From positions 49,201 to 73,200 of the forward strand of contig JACDOK010000005.1 in assembly GCA_017656185.1 (NCBI GenBank): a stretch of DNA of 24,000 nucleotides. The letters run 5' to 3'. The position numbers and the translations under genes are program-made. The notes beneath the pieces are model-generated. The model was not told the DNA's origin, did not search any database, and saw nothing but the letters and a program-made list of their open reading frames with translations. Origin of the DNA: Peptococcaceae bacterium. GTDB lineage: Bacteria; Bacillota; Desulfotomaculia; Desulfotomaculales; JACDOK01. Position 1 is the first letter of the stretch. Each line of letters opens with the position of its first letter. This document shows positions 14,742 through 22,244 of this stretch, one piece after another.

Positions 14742-15550
14742 TGATAACTCTCCTGCTCATACTCGGGCTGTTCGGCAGCCTTTTGTTTTTGTTTTATACC
14801 TTAACCACCGGGCGTTCTCCCATAGAACGCAACCTGAAAGCTGTCATCAAAAATTTTATGTTTTGCTCCGGAATCCCTTTAGTCGTTGCCCTGGTTTTCT
14901 TTTTGGTTGGGAATATTCTTTTCGCTACGCCGGTGGCAGGACTGGTGTGGGGGATCTTGGGATGGTTCGTTCCCCTATGGGTAATCGACGCTGCCAAGGG
15001 CCGCCGGCAGGCACGCCTTCGCGCGATCTCACGCGACTTCATTACCAGTGCAGCCGGGCTTTACAGCGCCAACCAGGTCACCAGCGAAGTAATCACTACC
15101 GCAGGGAAGCGTTTACCAGAACCCTTAGGATCCGAGTTTCGGGATATGGCACAAAAATACAGCCTTGACCCATATGTCTTACCCCAAAAACTTTTTGAAG
15201 ATCTGGCTGAAAAATACGGTCTTAATGAATTCAAGGCGGTAGGACAGATTTTGGATGCCGCCAACATTGCCGGGGGGCCGCGTGCCGCCGGACGTGGTTT
15301 AAAACGCCTCGGGCGTGCTTTGCGCCTTAGAGACCGCCTGGCGACCGAACGACAGAAAGCAATGTTGGAACCAGCCGTAGCCGCCGTCGTGGTCATATGC
15401 TTAATGATAATGGGATTGGTTCTTGATGTGACTGTTCTCAGACCATACTTTGCAGCTGCCGGGCGGTGGGTTTTAAGCGCCAGCTCTGTTTTAACGGTTG
15501 CGATGATATTCGCGGTGGTGAGATTGTTCCGGTTCAAAGATCTGTTTTAG
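14741..15550 (+). CDS. tadB: TadB-like type II secretion system F-domain membrane protein, 269 aa
   Basis: ATG overlaps the tadA stop (TAATG). N-terminal TM segments, a cytoplasmic T2SSF-like helical domain (LPEPLGSEFRDMAQKY...) and C-terminal TM segments. Confidence 0.7.
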   Translation: MITLLLILGLFGSLLFLFYTLTTGRSPIERNLKAVIKNFMFCSGIPLVVALVFFLVGNILFATPVAGLVWGILGWFVPLWVIDAAKGRRQARLRAISRDFITSAAGLYSANQVTSEVITTAGKRLPEPLGSEFRDMAQKYSLDPYVLPQKLFEDLAEKYGLNEFKAVGQILDAANIAGGPRAAGRGLKRLGRALRLRDRLATERQKAMLEPAVAAVVVICLMIMGLVLDVTVLRPYFAAAGRWVLSASSVLTVAMIFAVVRLFRFKDLF

Positions 15551-15562
15551 GGAGGAGGAATA

Positions 15563-16399
15563 TTGCAGGCAATGGAACTTGTACCTGATATATGGGCCAT
15601 CGGGCTATTCCTGGCTCTTTTGTTTACGTTTATAAGCTTGACGGTACCAATGGGCCCGGACAAAACCAGCGCGATTAAGGTCACAGCCGATGCGGTCCAG
15701 CGTTACTTGATAAAGTATTACACCAAGGATCATAAACCCTATAATTTAGAGATCCTGGGCCGTTCGGTAGGCCAAGTACTCAGGGCTTCACTTTTGATTG
15801 GCGGCGGCCTGGGTGCAGTCACTTTCTTGGGTGCCGCCAAGTTTGTAGGAGCTTGGACCCTGCCTGCAGCTCTGGTTGCGTTCTTTTCGGGAGCCGCGCT
15901 GGTTGAACTTACCCTCGTAAACGAGTTTCGTGCTTGGCAGCAGAAAATGCTTGACGGCCTACCTGCTTTAGTTAATTTTGTCCCGGCCTTTTTGGATATC
16001 GGCAGCATTACTGCCCGTGAAGCGTTGGAAAAAACCGTGCCTTTCCTGCCGGAACCCCTTCGATCGGAAATGGTAGAAACAGTAGGTCATATTTCCCGCA
16101 CCGCTGATGCCGAGAAGGCCTTTGATGAACTCGCCCAAAAGGTACGGCACCCGATAATGGACGCCATATGTTCCCGCCTGGCGGCGCGCTGGGATACCAA
16201 GGTCACCTCCGACATCTTCGACGACTTGAGTGATCAGATGGATGATTTAAAAGAAATCACCGCTACGAAAGCTACGACAGCGAAAACTGCCTATTTTGCC
16301 CTGGTATGCGTGGCTGGCTTAATTGGTGCGGGGCTGGTTTTTGCCTATCCGGGAATAAGGTTTCTGGCAGACCAATTCGGAAGGGGGTTTGGAATGTAA
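15563..16399 (+). CDS. tadC: TadC-like type II secretion system F-domain membrane protein, 278 aa
   Basis: TTG after GGGAGGAGG. Same TM - T2SSF (LPEPLRSEMVETVGHISRTADAEKAFDELA) - TM layout, and paralogous position after tadB. Confidence 0.7.
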   Translation: MQAMELVPDIWAIGLFLALLFTFISLTVPMGPDKTSAIKVTADAVQRYLIKYYTKDHKPYNLEILGRSVGQVLRASLLIGGGLGAVTFLGAAKFVGAWTLPAALVAFFSGAALVELTLVNEFRAWQQKMLDGLPALVNFVPAFLDIGSITAREALEKTVPFLPEPLRSEMVETVGHISRTADAEKAFDELAQKVRHPIMDAICSRLAARWDTKVTSDIFDDLSDQMDDLKEITATKATTAKTAYFALVCVAGLIGAGLVFAYPGIRFLADQFGRGFGM

Positions 16400-16430
16400 G
16401 GGGACAAAAAGAATGTAAAGGGGGCAAAAA
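16392..16430. repeat. Imperfect tandem duplication (19 + 20 nt) spanning the tadC stop codon
   Basis: GAATGTAAGGGGACAAAAA (16392-16410) and GAATGTAAAGGGGGCAAAAA (16411-16430). The second copy carries an ATG-TAA start-stop pair plus the SD of the next small ORF. Confidence 0.7.
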
Positions 16431-16431
16431 T

Positions 16432-16545
16432 ATGGGGCGAGTGTTGTTATTTTTACTCTGCGCCGGGATGGGTGTACTCCTTATCCTGGCGTTTTTTTGG
16501 TGGCTGTTTACCGTCGGATCGTGGTGTTTTACTATCGCTTGCTAA
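16432..16545 (+). CDS. Possible 37-aa hydrophobic membrane peptide
   Basis: ATG 16432 preceded by AAAGGGGG. The sequence MGRVLLFLLCAGMGVLLILAFFWWLFTVGSWCFTIAC is essentially one or two TM helices. Too short to be supported by composition alone. Confidence 0.3.
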   Translation: MGRVLLFLLCAGMGVLLILAFFWWLFTVGSWCFTIAC

Positions 16546-16569
16546 TTTAAATCAAGGAGGAAAGAAAAT

Positions 16570-16755
16570 ATGCCGACTATTTTACGGAAGCTTATGAAAG
16601 ATCAGAGAGGAAGCCTTCCTCAAATGACGTGGACCATCGGAGCTGCAGTCGTTACCGCACTTGCCCTTATCGGGGCTATGGTGTATTTCCCGGATATCGT
16701 CGAGAGCTTTTTCCGGGCGGCCACAGACTGGATCAGAGCGCAATTTGGTTTCTAG
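16570..16755 (+). CDS. flp: Flp-family-like pilin (61 aa), divergent
   Basis: Strong SD AAGGAGG. The size, the charged leader MPTILRKLMKDQRG, and the following hydrophobic helix SLPQMTWTIGAAVVTALALIGAMVYF parallel Flp prepilins (M..L..F..DE.G/ATAIEYGLIAALIAV). Position within the tad operon is consistent. Confidence 0.55.
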   Translation: MPTILRKLMKDQRGSLPQMTWTIGAAVVTALALIGAMVYFPDIVESFFRAATDWIRAQFGF

Positions 16756-16767
16756 GGAGCGATTTAA

Positions 16768-17181
16768 GTGCTTCACAAAGTGATTGCAACTTTCGGCGCC
16801 CTGTTCATTATCCTTGGTGTTACGCTATCTGGAGCGCTATTAGTGGGTATGATAGGGCAGTGGTACGTCGTTACCAACCAAGCACAGTTTTTGGCCGAAA
16901 GCCAGGGTAAATACGGAGGCTACACGACCGAGGCCGAAGCTGCTATGCAGCAGTTCTACCACGATTATAATCTTGACCCTTCAGAAGTCGACGTCTATGT
17001 ATCTGCGCCGGGAGGGCCCGTTCCCTGGGGTACGGTAGTGACAGCACGCATTACCGTACCCTTTAAGTTTCAAGTCGGGTCGTTTATGACCCCGTTTGAA
17101 GTTCTTTTAACGGGATACGGTCGATCGGTAAGCACCTACCTGCCCGGCAGCTACGACGTTACTTATACGTCACCTTCATAA
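16768..17181 (+). CDS. TadE-like / DUF4320-like minor pilin candidate, 137 aa
   Basis: GTG after GGGAG. A single N-terminal hydrophobic helix (VIATFGALFIILGVTLSGALLVGMIG) is followed by a beta-rich domain (VVTARITVPFKFQVG), immediately after the pilin gene. Family assignment is tentative. Confidence 0.35.
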   Translation: MLHKVIATFGALFIILGVTLSGALLVGMIGQWYVVTNQAQFLAESQGKYGGYTTEAEAAMQQFYHDYNLDPSEVDVYVSAPGGPVPWGTVVTARITVPFKFQVGSFMTPFEVLLTGYGRSVSTYLPGSYDVTYTSPS

Positions 17182-17194
17182 GAGGGAAGGTAGA

Positions 17195-17806
17195 ATGGGT
17201 ACTAAAGGCCGGGATTTGCTCTTGTGGCTTTTTACTTTAACGTCTCTGGTCGTGTTAGCCCTAAGCAGATATCCAAGCACCCTGACTTGGGCGAAAGGTC
17301 TATTATGGGTTGCCATCCTCTCCGCTGGGATGATTCTTTGGTTTATATGTTATACCTTACCCAAAGCCCATCGCGATTCACGAAAGCAGGGTTTCGGGAC
17401 TGTGGTGCTGCTGCCGGTGAACCGCTGGTGGGCTTTACTTTTGATATACCTGAGTGGAGAAAGGATTTGCGGTACTCCTCGCCGAGCTTATGAAATCCAT
17501 ATCCTTTTCTCAAAGGAACTTTCAAAGCTTTCCATATGGGAGTTTTTAAAGCGCTTGGAGGATGACCTGATACTGGCAAAAGATTCTTTGCCCGGGTGTT
17601 TGTTTCTCTGGGAAACACCTGCTCCGGTTCCTTCAACTATACGGCAGTTGATCCGGGATCTTGCAGTCCAGGGAAACGCCTTCTGGCAAACCGGTCGTTG
17701 GCCGATCCCCGAACTCCCTTTCTTACCGTCACTCTTAAAGAAGAAAAAAAGACACGTACACCGGGGAGCACTACTGCTCTCCGCAGAAGGAGGCGACAAC
17801 CCTTGA
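17195..17806 (+). CDS. Hypothetical membrane protein, 203 aa
   Basis: ATG after GGGAAGG. Three predicted TM helices in the N-terminal half. No recognisable domain. Confidence 0.45.
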   Translation: MGTKGRDLLLWLFTLTSLVVLALSRYPSTLTWAKGLLWVAILSAGMILWFICYTLPKAHRDSRKQGFGTVVLLPVNRWWALLLIYLSGERICGTPRRAYEIHILFSKELSKLSIWEFLKRLEDDLILAKDSLPGCLFLWETPAPVPSTIRQLIRDLAVQGNAFWQTGRWPIPELPFLPSLLKKKKRHVHRGALLLSAEGGDNP

Positions 17807-18471
17807 GTAAAAAAGCTGCAATCATAGTGTCCGTTGTTTTGGCCCTGGTCTTTACTGTGTTGGTTACGGCTAATGCCAACCGGCGTTTTGCAGAGGCAAC
17901 CCGTACTGTGGAAGTGGTTCAAACTACACAGTATATTCCTGCGGGAGCAATGGTCGACCCTGACGATATAAAACTTGTCAAAGTGCCGGACGAAATTGCC
18001 GCCGGCTTGATCCAAGATCCGGATAAAGTAGTGGGCAAGATAACCCGGGTCGGCTTAGTAAAAGGACAGTATATTTGGGAAGACACAGTAGGGCCGGGTC
18101 TGCCTTGCCGTCCTGGTTACATTGAAGTCCACGTACCGACGGATCTTTCCAGTTCTGCTTGCGTGATCGCCGGCGACAGGGTTAACGTTTACCCGATTAA
18201 CAAATCCGCCGTGTACAGCGAGACTCCACCATCCACCAAGCCACTGGCCGAAGGACTGCGTGTCTTACACAGCTATGATCAATCCGGACAGGAGATTGAT
18301 CCCGTCAAACGCAGCGTATTAAAGGAGGTAGCCACATCCGGGAAAAACGTGGCTGTGTCGGTAGCGCTAGAAGTGCCAAAGGATATGGCAGACCAGATTG
18401 TAAAGTTTGCGTCCCACAAGGCAATATATCTGACCAAGTGCCCGCCGGATAGAAGCTGGGGGGAAGAATAA
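17803..18471 (+). CDS. cpaB: CpaB/RcpC-like Flp pilus assembly protein (SAF domain), 222 aa
   Basis: TTG 17803 lies 9 nt after GAAGGAGG and overlaps the preceding stop (TTGA). An N-terminal TM (AAIIVSVVLALVFTVLV) is followed by an SAF-like VEVVQTTQYIPAGAMVDPDDIKLVKVPDEIAAGLIQDPDKVVGKITRVGLVKGQYI. The tracked 17596 start overlaps the previous gene by 210 nt. Confidence 0.7.
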   Translation: MSKKAAIIVSVVLALVFTVLVTANANRRFAEATRTVEVVQTTQYIPAGAMVDPDDIKLVKVPDEIAAGLIQDPDKVVGKITRVGLVKGQYIWEDTVGPGLPCRPGYIEVHVPTDLSSSACVIAGDRVNVYPINKSAVYSETPPSTKPLAEGLRVLHSYDQSGQEIDPVKRSVLKEVATSGKNVAVSVALEVPKDMADQIVKFASHKAIYLTKCPPDRSWGEE

Positions 18472-18473
18472 TA

Positions 18474-19091
18474 ATGCGCAAATTGACCCTTGCGCCGTGG
18501 AAGTCTGTTCCCCCCGCAGTGCTCTTCGCGGGCGGAAAAATCGCGGAGCTGGATATTACCTGGCCGGATTTTTCCGAACCCGGCTACCAGGACCACTTAA
18601 CCGGGCTCCCGAACCGCCGGGCTTTCGACGAGGCCCTGCAGCAGGCCGTGGAACAGGCCGATCTCCAGGGGGCGGCGTTCGGTTTAATTATCCTGGACCT
18701 GGATCATTTCAAACAGATCAACGATACCCATGGCCACCAGGCGGGGGACGCCATACTGCAGTTTTTCGCCACAATGATGGCGTCGGCCACCCGCGACACC
18801 GACCTGGCAGCCAGGTACGGGGGCGAGGAATTCGTAGTGCTGTCACCCGCCTACCAAGAAATTTTCAACATTGGTGAGAGGATACGCCTGGCAGTCAGTC
18901 AGGCGCCTTTTCATTTATCGCCCGATATCCACGTGACCGCTACCTGTTCTTTCGGCTGCGCGGTGTATCCGCAGGATGCACCGGACAAGGATCGGTTAAT
19001 AAAAGCGGCTGATAAGGCCCTGTATACGGCCAAGGAAGCCGGGCGCAACCAGGGACGGCGGGCCGGAGGAGAGGGGGGTGAAAATAGTTGA
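18474..19091 (+). CDS. Stand-alone GGDEF-domain diguanylate cyclase (205 aa) with intact active site and I-site
   Basis: LTGLPNRRAF, DLDHFKQINDTHGHQAGD, I-site RDTD (18792-18803), GGEEF (18819-18833) and KAADKALYTAKEAGRN. Only ~40 residues precede the domain, so there is no sensor domain. Confidence 0.9.
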   Translation: MRKLTLAPWKSVPPAVLFAGGKIAELDITWPDFSEPGYQDHLTGLPNRRAFDEALQQAVEQADLQGAAFGLIILDLDHFKQINDTHGHQAGDAILQFFATMMASATRDTDLAARYGGEEFVVLSPAYQEIFNIGERIRLAVSQAPFHLSPDIHVTATCSFGCAVYPQDAPDKDRLIKAADKALYTAKEAGRNQGRRAGGEGGENS

Positions 19092-20569
19092 TCTGTGTTA
19101 TCGCCGCGGAAGCTGATGTGGCGCAAGTAATAAAGAAAAACCTTGGAGAGATGTACCCGGATTGGACGTTTGAGGTCTGTACGGATGCAGCTGAACTAGA
19201 CAAGTGGAGCCGCAAAAGGCCCGACGTACTGGTGTTGAGCCGTTTTCTTCCCGGTGAAGACGCGTGGTCATTATTGCCAGATATTCCCGTAATGTTTGCG
19301 GCTACCCATGTCGTTTTACTGGTCGGGGAAGATTCGGAACAAACGCGGTCGTACATCAGGAAAGCAGCACAATATGGGCTCGAAAACTACGTTTCCGGCA
19401 CACTACCCGGCGATCGGCCTTATACCTTGCCCATAGCATTGCAGTACGGGCGGGCCGAGGTTATGGGCGGGAAGAGCCGGCGGAATAAGGTGCGTGCCCG
19501 TCAGGATTCAATACCTGACCGAAAATCTCAAAATCAAAATATAGAATGCGATGACCGGTTACAGAAGCAATGTTTAGACAAACTTTCATACCAGTGTTGT
19601 TTATACAATCCGCCTCGGCCCGGGCAGAACGGTCAGGATGAAGCACAAACTATGACGACCCCTGCCTGGGGGTCTTTTTTACGTTCCGAAGACGATGTTC
19701 CCAGGCAAAAATGGAATGCCCAGCGCGGGATCCTGGTAGTCGTCACGTGCAACAAAGGCGGTGCCGGAAAGACCACTACCGTTGCAACGCTGGCTGTGGC
19801 GCTGGCAAATGCGGATATGGAAGTTATTGCCGTTGACACCGATTTTGAGGGCCCGGATCTGGAAACATTCTTTCAATTACAGGTGGAGCGTGGGCGTGGC
19901 ATAGAAGCCCTGGCAGGACGCACAAAAAGCCTGGAATTGCTGGTTGAACAATTGCTTCTGACCCCTGAGAAATACCCTAACCTGCGGATACTACCTGGCC
20001 CGGCCGACAGGACGATTTTGCCTGAAACCCTGTTTCGTCCTGGGGAGTTGGCAGACATCCTGGACATACTGGTCGGATGGGCACCGGTAGTAATAGTAGA
20101 TACGCCGCCTAATTTTTGGACGAAGCCCTGGTTGCCGGACGTGTTCAATATGGCTGACCTGGTTATAGCTGTAGTGGATCAGTCACAGTTCACTATGGAA
20201 GACATCCGCAGGTACGCTCCGAAGTTACTGCAAATGGGCGTGCGCCCCGAGAAGATAAGGCTGGTATTGAATAAGTTCTTGCCACGTCTCCACAATCCGC
20301 GCAAAGTGGAAGAAGCCTTCTGTAGCGGTTTTAAAAGCAGTGTGCCGCGCAAGGTTTTGCCCTGCGTTATTGCCACCATCCCTAATGACTGGGATGCCCA
20401 CGTTTTAAAGGGATATAAGGGTGAAGCGGTGGGGCTGGATGACGCACGCAGCCAGTGGCACCATCTTGCGGCGGAAGTTGCTGCCGAGGCCGGGCAGCGT
20501 TATGTGAAGCCGGAACAGAAGGCGAAAAAGGGCCTTTTGGGGTTGGGGTTTTTAAGGAGGAGGAAGTAG
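19088..20569 (+). CDS. tadZ: TadZ/CpaE-like protein 2: pseudo-receiver domain + ParA/MinD ATPase with intact deviant Walker A, 493 aa
   Basis: TTG overlaps the GGDEF stop (TTGA). REC-like features: ICVIAAEAD, then DVLVLSRFLPGED with Ser at the phospho-acceptor position. A low-complexity linker follows. ATPase features: ILVVVTCNKGGAGKTTTVATLAVALA, VIAVDTDFEGPD, VVIVDTPP. Confidence 0.75.
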   Translation: MICVIAAEADVAQVIKKNLGEMYPDWTFEVCTDAAELDKWSRKRPDVLVLSRFLPGEDAWSLLPDIPVMFAATHVVLLVGEDSEQTRSYIRKAAQYGLENYVSGTLPGDRPYTLPIALQYGRAEVMGGKSRRNKVRARQDSIPDRKSQNQNIECDDRLQKQCLDKLSYQCCLYNPPRPGQNGQDEAQTMTTPAWGSFLRSEDDVPRQKWNAQRGILVVVTCNKGGAGKTTTVATLAVALANADMEVIAVDTDFEGPDLETFFQLQVERGRGIEALAGRTKSLELLVEQLLLTPEKYPNLRILPGPADRTILPETLFRPGELADILDILVGWAPVVIVDTPPNFWTKPWLPDVFNMADLVIAVVDQSQFTMEDIRRYAPKLLQMGVRPEKIRLVLNKFLPRLHNPRKVEEAFCSGFKSSVPRKVLPCVIATIPNDWDAHVLKGYKGEAVGLDDARSQWHHLAAEVAAEAGQRYVKPEQKAKKGLLGLGFLRRRK

Positions 20570-20572
20570 TTT

Positions 20573-21628
20573 ATGGGCCTGAGTAAGGAAACGATAGAAC
20601 GCATAAAAGAAATGGCAACATTTCTTAGTGAGGATTACATAGCAGAAGCCTTCAATGTGCCCCCTGACGTCGTTAGAGCCGTTTTGAGGGATGAAATTGA
20701 ACCGGACGATGCAGATAATGAGAGTTCCCCGTTGAATGCCCAGGATCGTATCCAGGTGGTGGAACGGTCGAAATTCGTGCGGAACCGGACGGTAACGGTC
20801 ATCGCGCCCGGCGGCGGGAAAGGCAAGACGTCCCTGCTGGCATCCCTGGCACTAACCGCCGCCTTGTACGTACCCGAGCAGCGGCCTGTAGCCCTGATAG
20901 ACTGTGCGGAAGTTTCTAAGCTGGGAACCTGGCTGCAGGGCCTAGGCTACCTGGATATGGTTGCAGGGAATGATACATACCCCACAATCGCAGATTGGCC
21001 GGAAAAAGACGAACAATTTTACCTGGAAGAACTCACGATCCAACATCCCCAACTGGAAAATCTATACCTCGTGCCGGGTGCATATACGGTCGAACAGTGG
21101 AGAAACATCGGCATGGCAAGAATGCGTAATGCCATTGCAACTTTGCAGCGCAGTTGCGAAATGGTGTTCGTGGATCTACCGGCAGATGTCGCAGTGATCG
21201 GAAAACTCCTGCCGCTGCACGATTTGATAGTGGTAGTGATCACCGCAGATTATCCCGGAGTTGAAGGATTATTGCAGTTGGTGCCGTTGCTCAAACACTT
21301 GAGTGTACTTGAAAGGTGTCTTTTGGTTCTGAACAGGTTGGGTTGTGCGGGCGGTCTGTCACAAAAAGACTGCCGTCAGGTATTGCGCCAGGTGCTGGAC
21401 GAGGACGTGATATTCGGCGGGCTGGTACCGGAAGAGCCCGGCCTGCCGCAGCAATTTAAAAAGGGCAGGCCTCTTGTGCTGGCGGACCCGCAGTCACCGT
21501 ACTGTGCTGAAATACGGCACATTCTAAGCCAGTTATGCCCGGACTGGAAACTTAACGGACATAACCAACGCAATGAGAAAAACGGTGGCATTATCGGTAT
21601 TCTGAAAAAGCTGAGAAGAGGTGGTTAG
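20573..21628 (+). CDS. ParA/MinD-family ATPase 3 (CpaE-like) with short N-terminal helical/HTH-like segment, 351 aa
   Basis: ATG after GGAGGAGGAAG. Walker A-like VTVIAPGGGKGKTSLLASLALTAA, then VALIDCAE and MVFVDLPADV. Confidence 0.6.
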   Translation: MGLSKETIERIKEMATFLSEDYIAEAFNVPPDVVRAVLRDEIEPDDADNESSPLNAQDRIQVVERSKFVRNRTVTVIAPGGGKGKTSLLASLALTAALYVPEQRPVALIDCAEVSKLGTWLQGLGYLDMVAGNDTYPTIADWPEKDEQFYLEELTIQHPQLENLYLVPGAYTVEQWRNIGMARMRNAIATLQRSCEMVFVDLPADVAVIGKLLPLHDLIVVVITADYPGVEGLLQLVPLLKHLSVLERCLLVLNRLGCAGGLSQKDCRQVLRQVLDEDVIFGGLVPEEPGLPQQFKKGRPLVLADPQSPYCAEIRHILSQLCPDWKLNGHNQRNEKNGGIIGILKKLRRGG

Positions 21629-21740
21629 GTTGGCTTTGTGGTTCTGTAAATGTGGAACTGAGTTTGAAAGAAGCACAAAGGAATCTGGATAACTGAGCAG
21701 CTAAAAATGGCCTTTCCCCGGCCCCTGGAGGGAATTAACG

Positions 21741-22244
21741 GTGGATTGGAGTGCAACACTTTCAATGTTTTTCGGCTGTTTGCTACCATCGAGTATTGCA
21801 GCCTATACTGACTGGCGCCGATATGAGCTTCCGGATTATCTGACCCTGCCGATGCTGGGCTGGGGGCTCGCTTACGGCGTATATATGGGATTTGGCAAGG
21901 CAGCGATCACCGGCGCCGCGGCGGGGTTTATGCTCGGGTTAGTTTCAGCCCTGCTGGGGCAAATGGGAGGTGGGGATATCAAGTTCATGGCTGCGCTGGG
22001 GGCCTGGACAGGGCTTTACGGCCTGGCCGTTATCCTCATAGTCGCCAGTTGCCTGGGAGTTATATGGGGTGTCATCCGCATGGCCCGGGCTGGTACGTTA
22101 AAATACTGGATCAAAAAACCCTGGAGCCGGTTGCCGAATGACCCGGCAGCACCCGCACCCGTAAATGCGGTAGCCTTCGGTACCTGCCTGGCTGTTGGTC
22201 TCTGGTGCTACATATTATCAAGTATCGCGGGGGTGATCCGATAA
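21741..22244 (+). CDS. tadV: A24-family prepilin peptidase, TadV/CpaA type (no methyltransferase domain), 167 aa
   Basis: GTG after GGAGGG. A multi-TM protein with both catalytic Asp motifs: AAYTDWRRYELPD and GGGDIKFMAALGAWTG. Confidence 0.85.
   Translation: MDWSATLSMFFGCLLPSSIAAYTDWRRYELPDYLTLPMLGWGLAYGVYMGFGKAAITGAAAGFMLGLVSALLGQMGGGDIKFMAALGAWTGLYGLAVILIVASCLGVIWGVIRMARAGTLKYWIKKPWSRLPNDPAAPAPVNAVAFGTCLAVGLWCYILSSIAGVIR

Noticed and set aside
17488-18015. 175-aa minus-strand ORF, and the 5' extension of the CpaB ORF back to 17596
   Set aside because: Both overlap well-supported plus-strand genes. The CpaB TTG at 17803 has a strong SD and start/stop coupling, whereas the extension would overlap the preceding gene by 210 nt.
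18497-18877. 126-aa alternate-frame ORF within the GGDEF gene, and the 138-aa/71-aa antisense ORFs at 18911-19356
   Set aside because: These are Pro/Gly/Arg-rich shadow frames. The GGDEF frame carries every family motif.
21630-21692. 20-codon mini-ORF (TTG..TAA, MALWFCKCGTEFERSTKESG) in the only sizeable gap of the tad operon
   Set aside because: It is too short, has only half a zinc-ribbon motif and has no SD, so there is nothing to support it.
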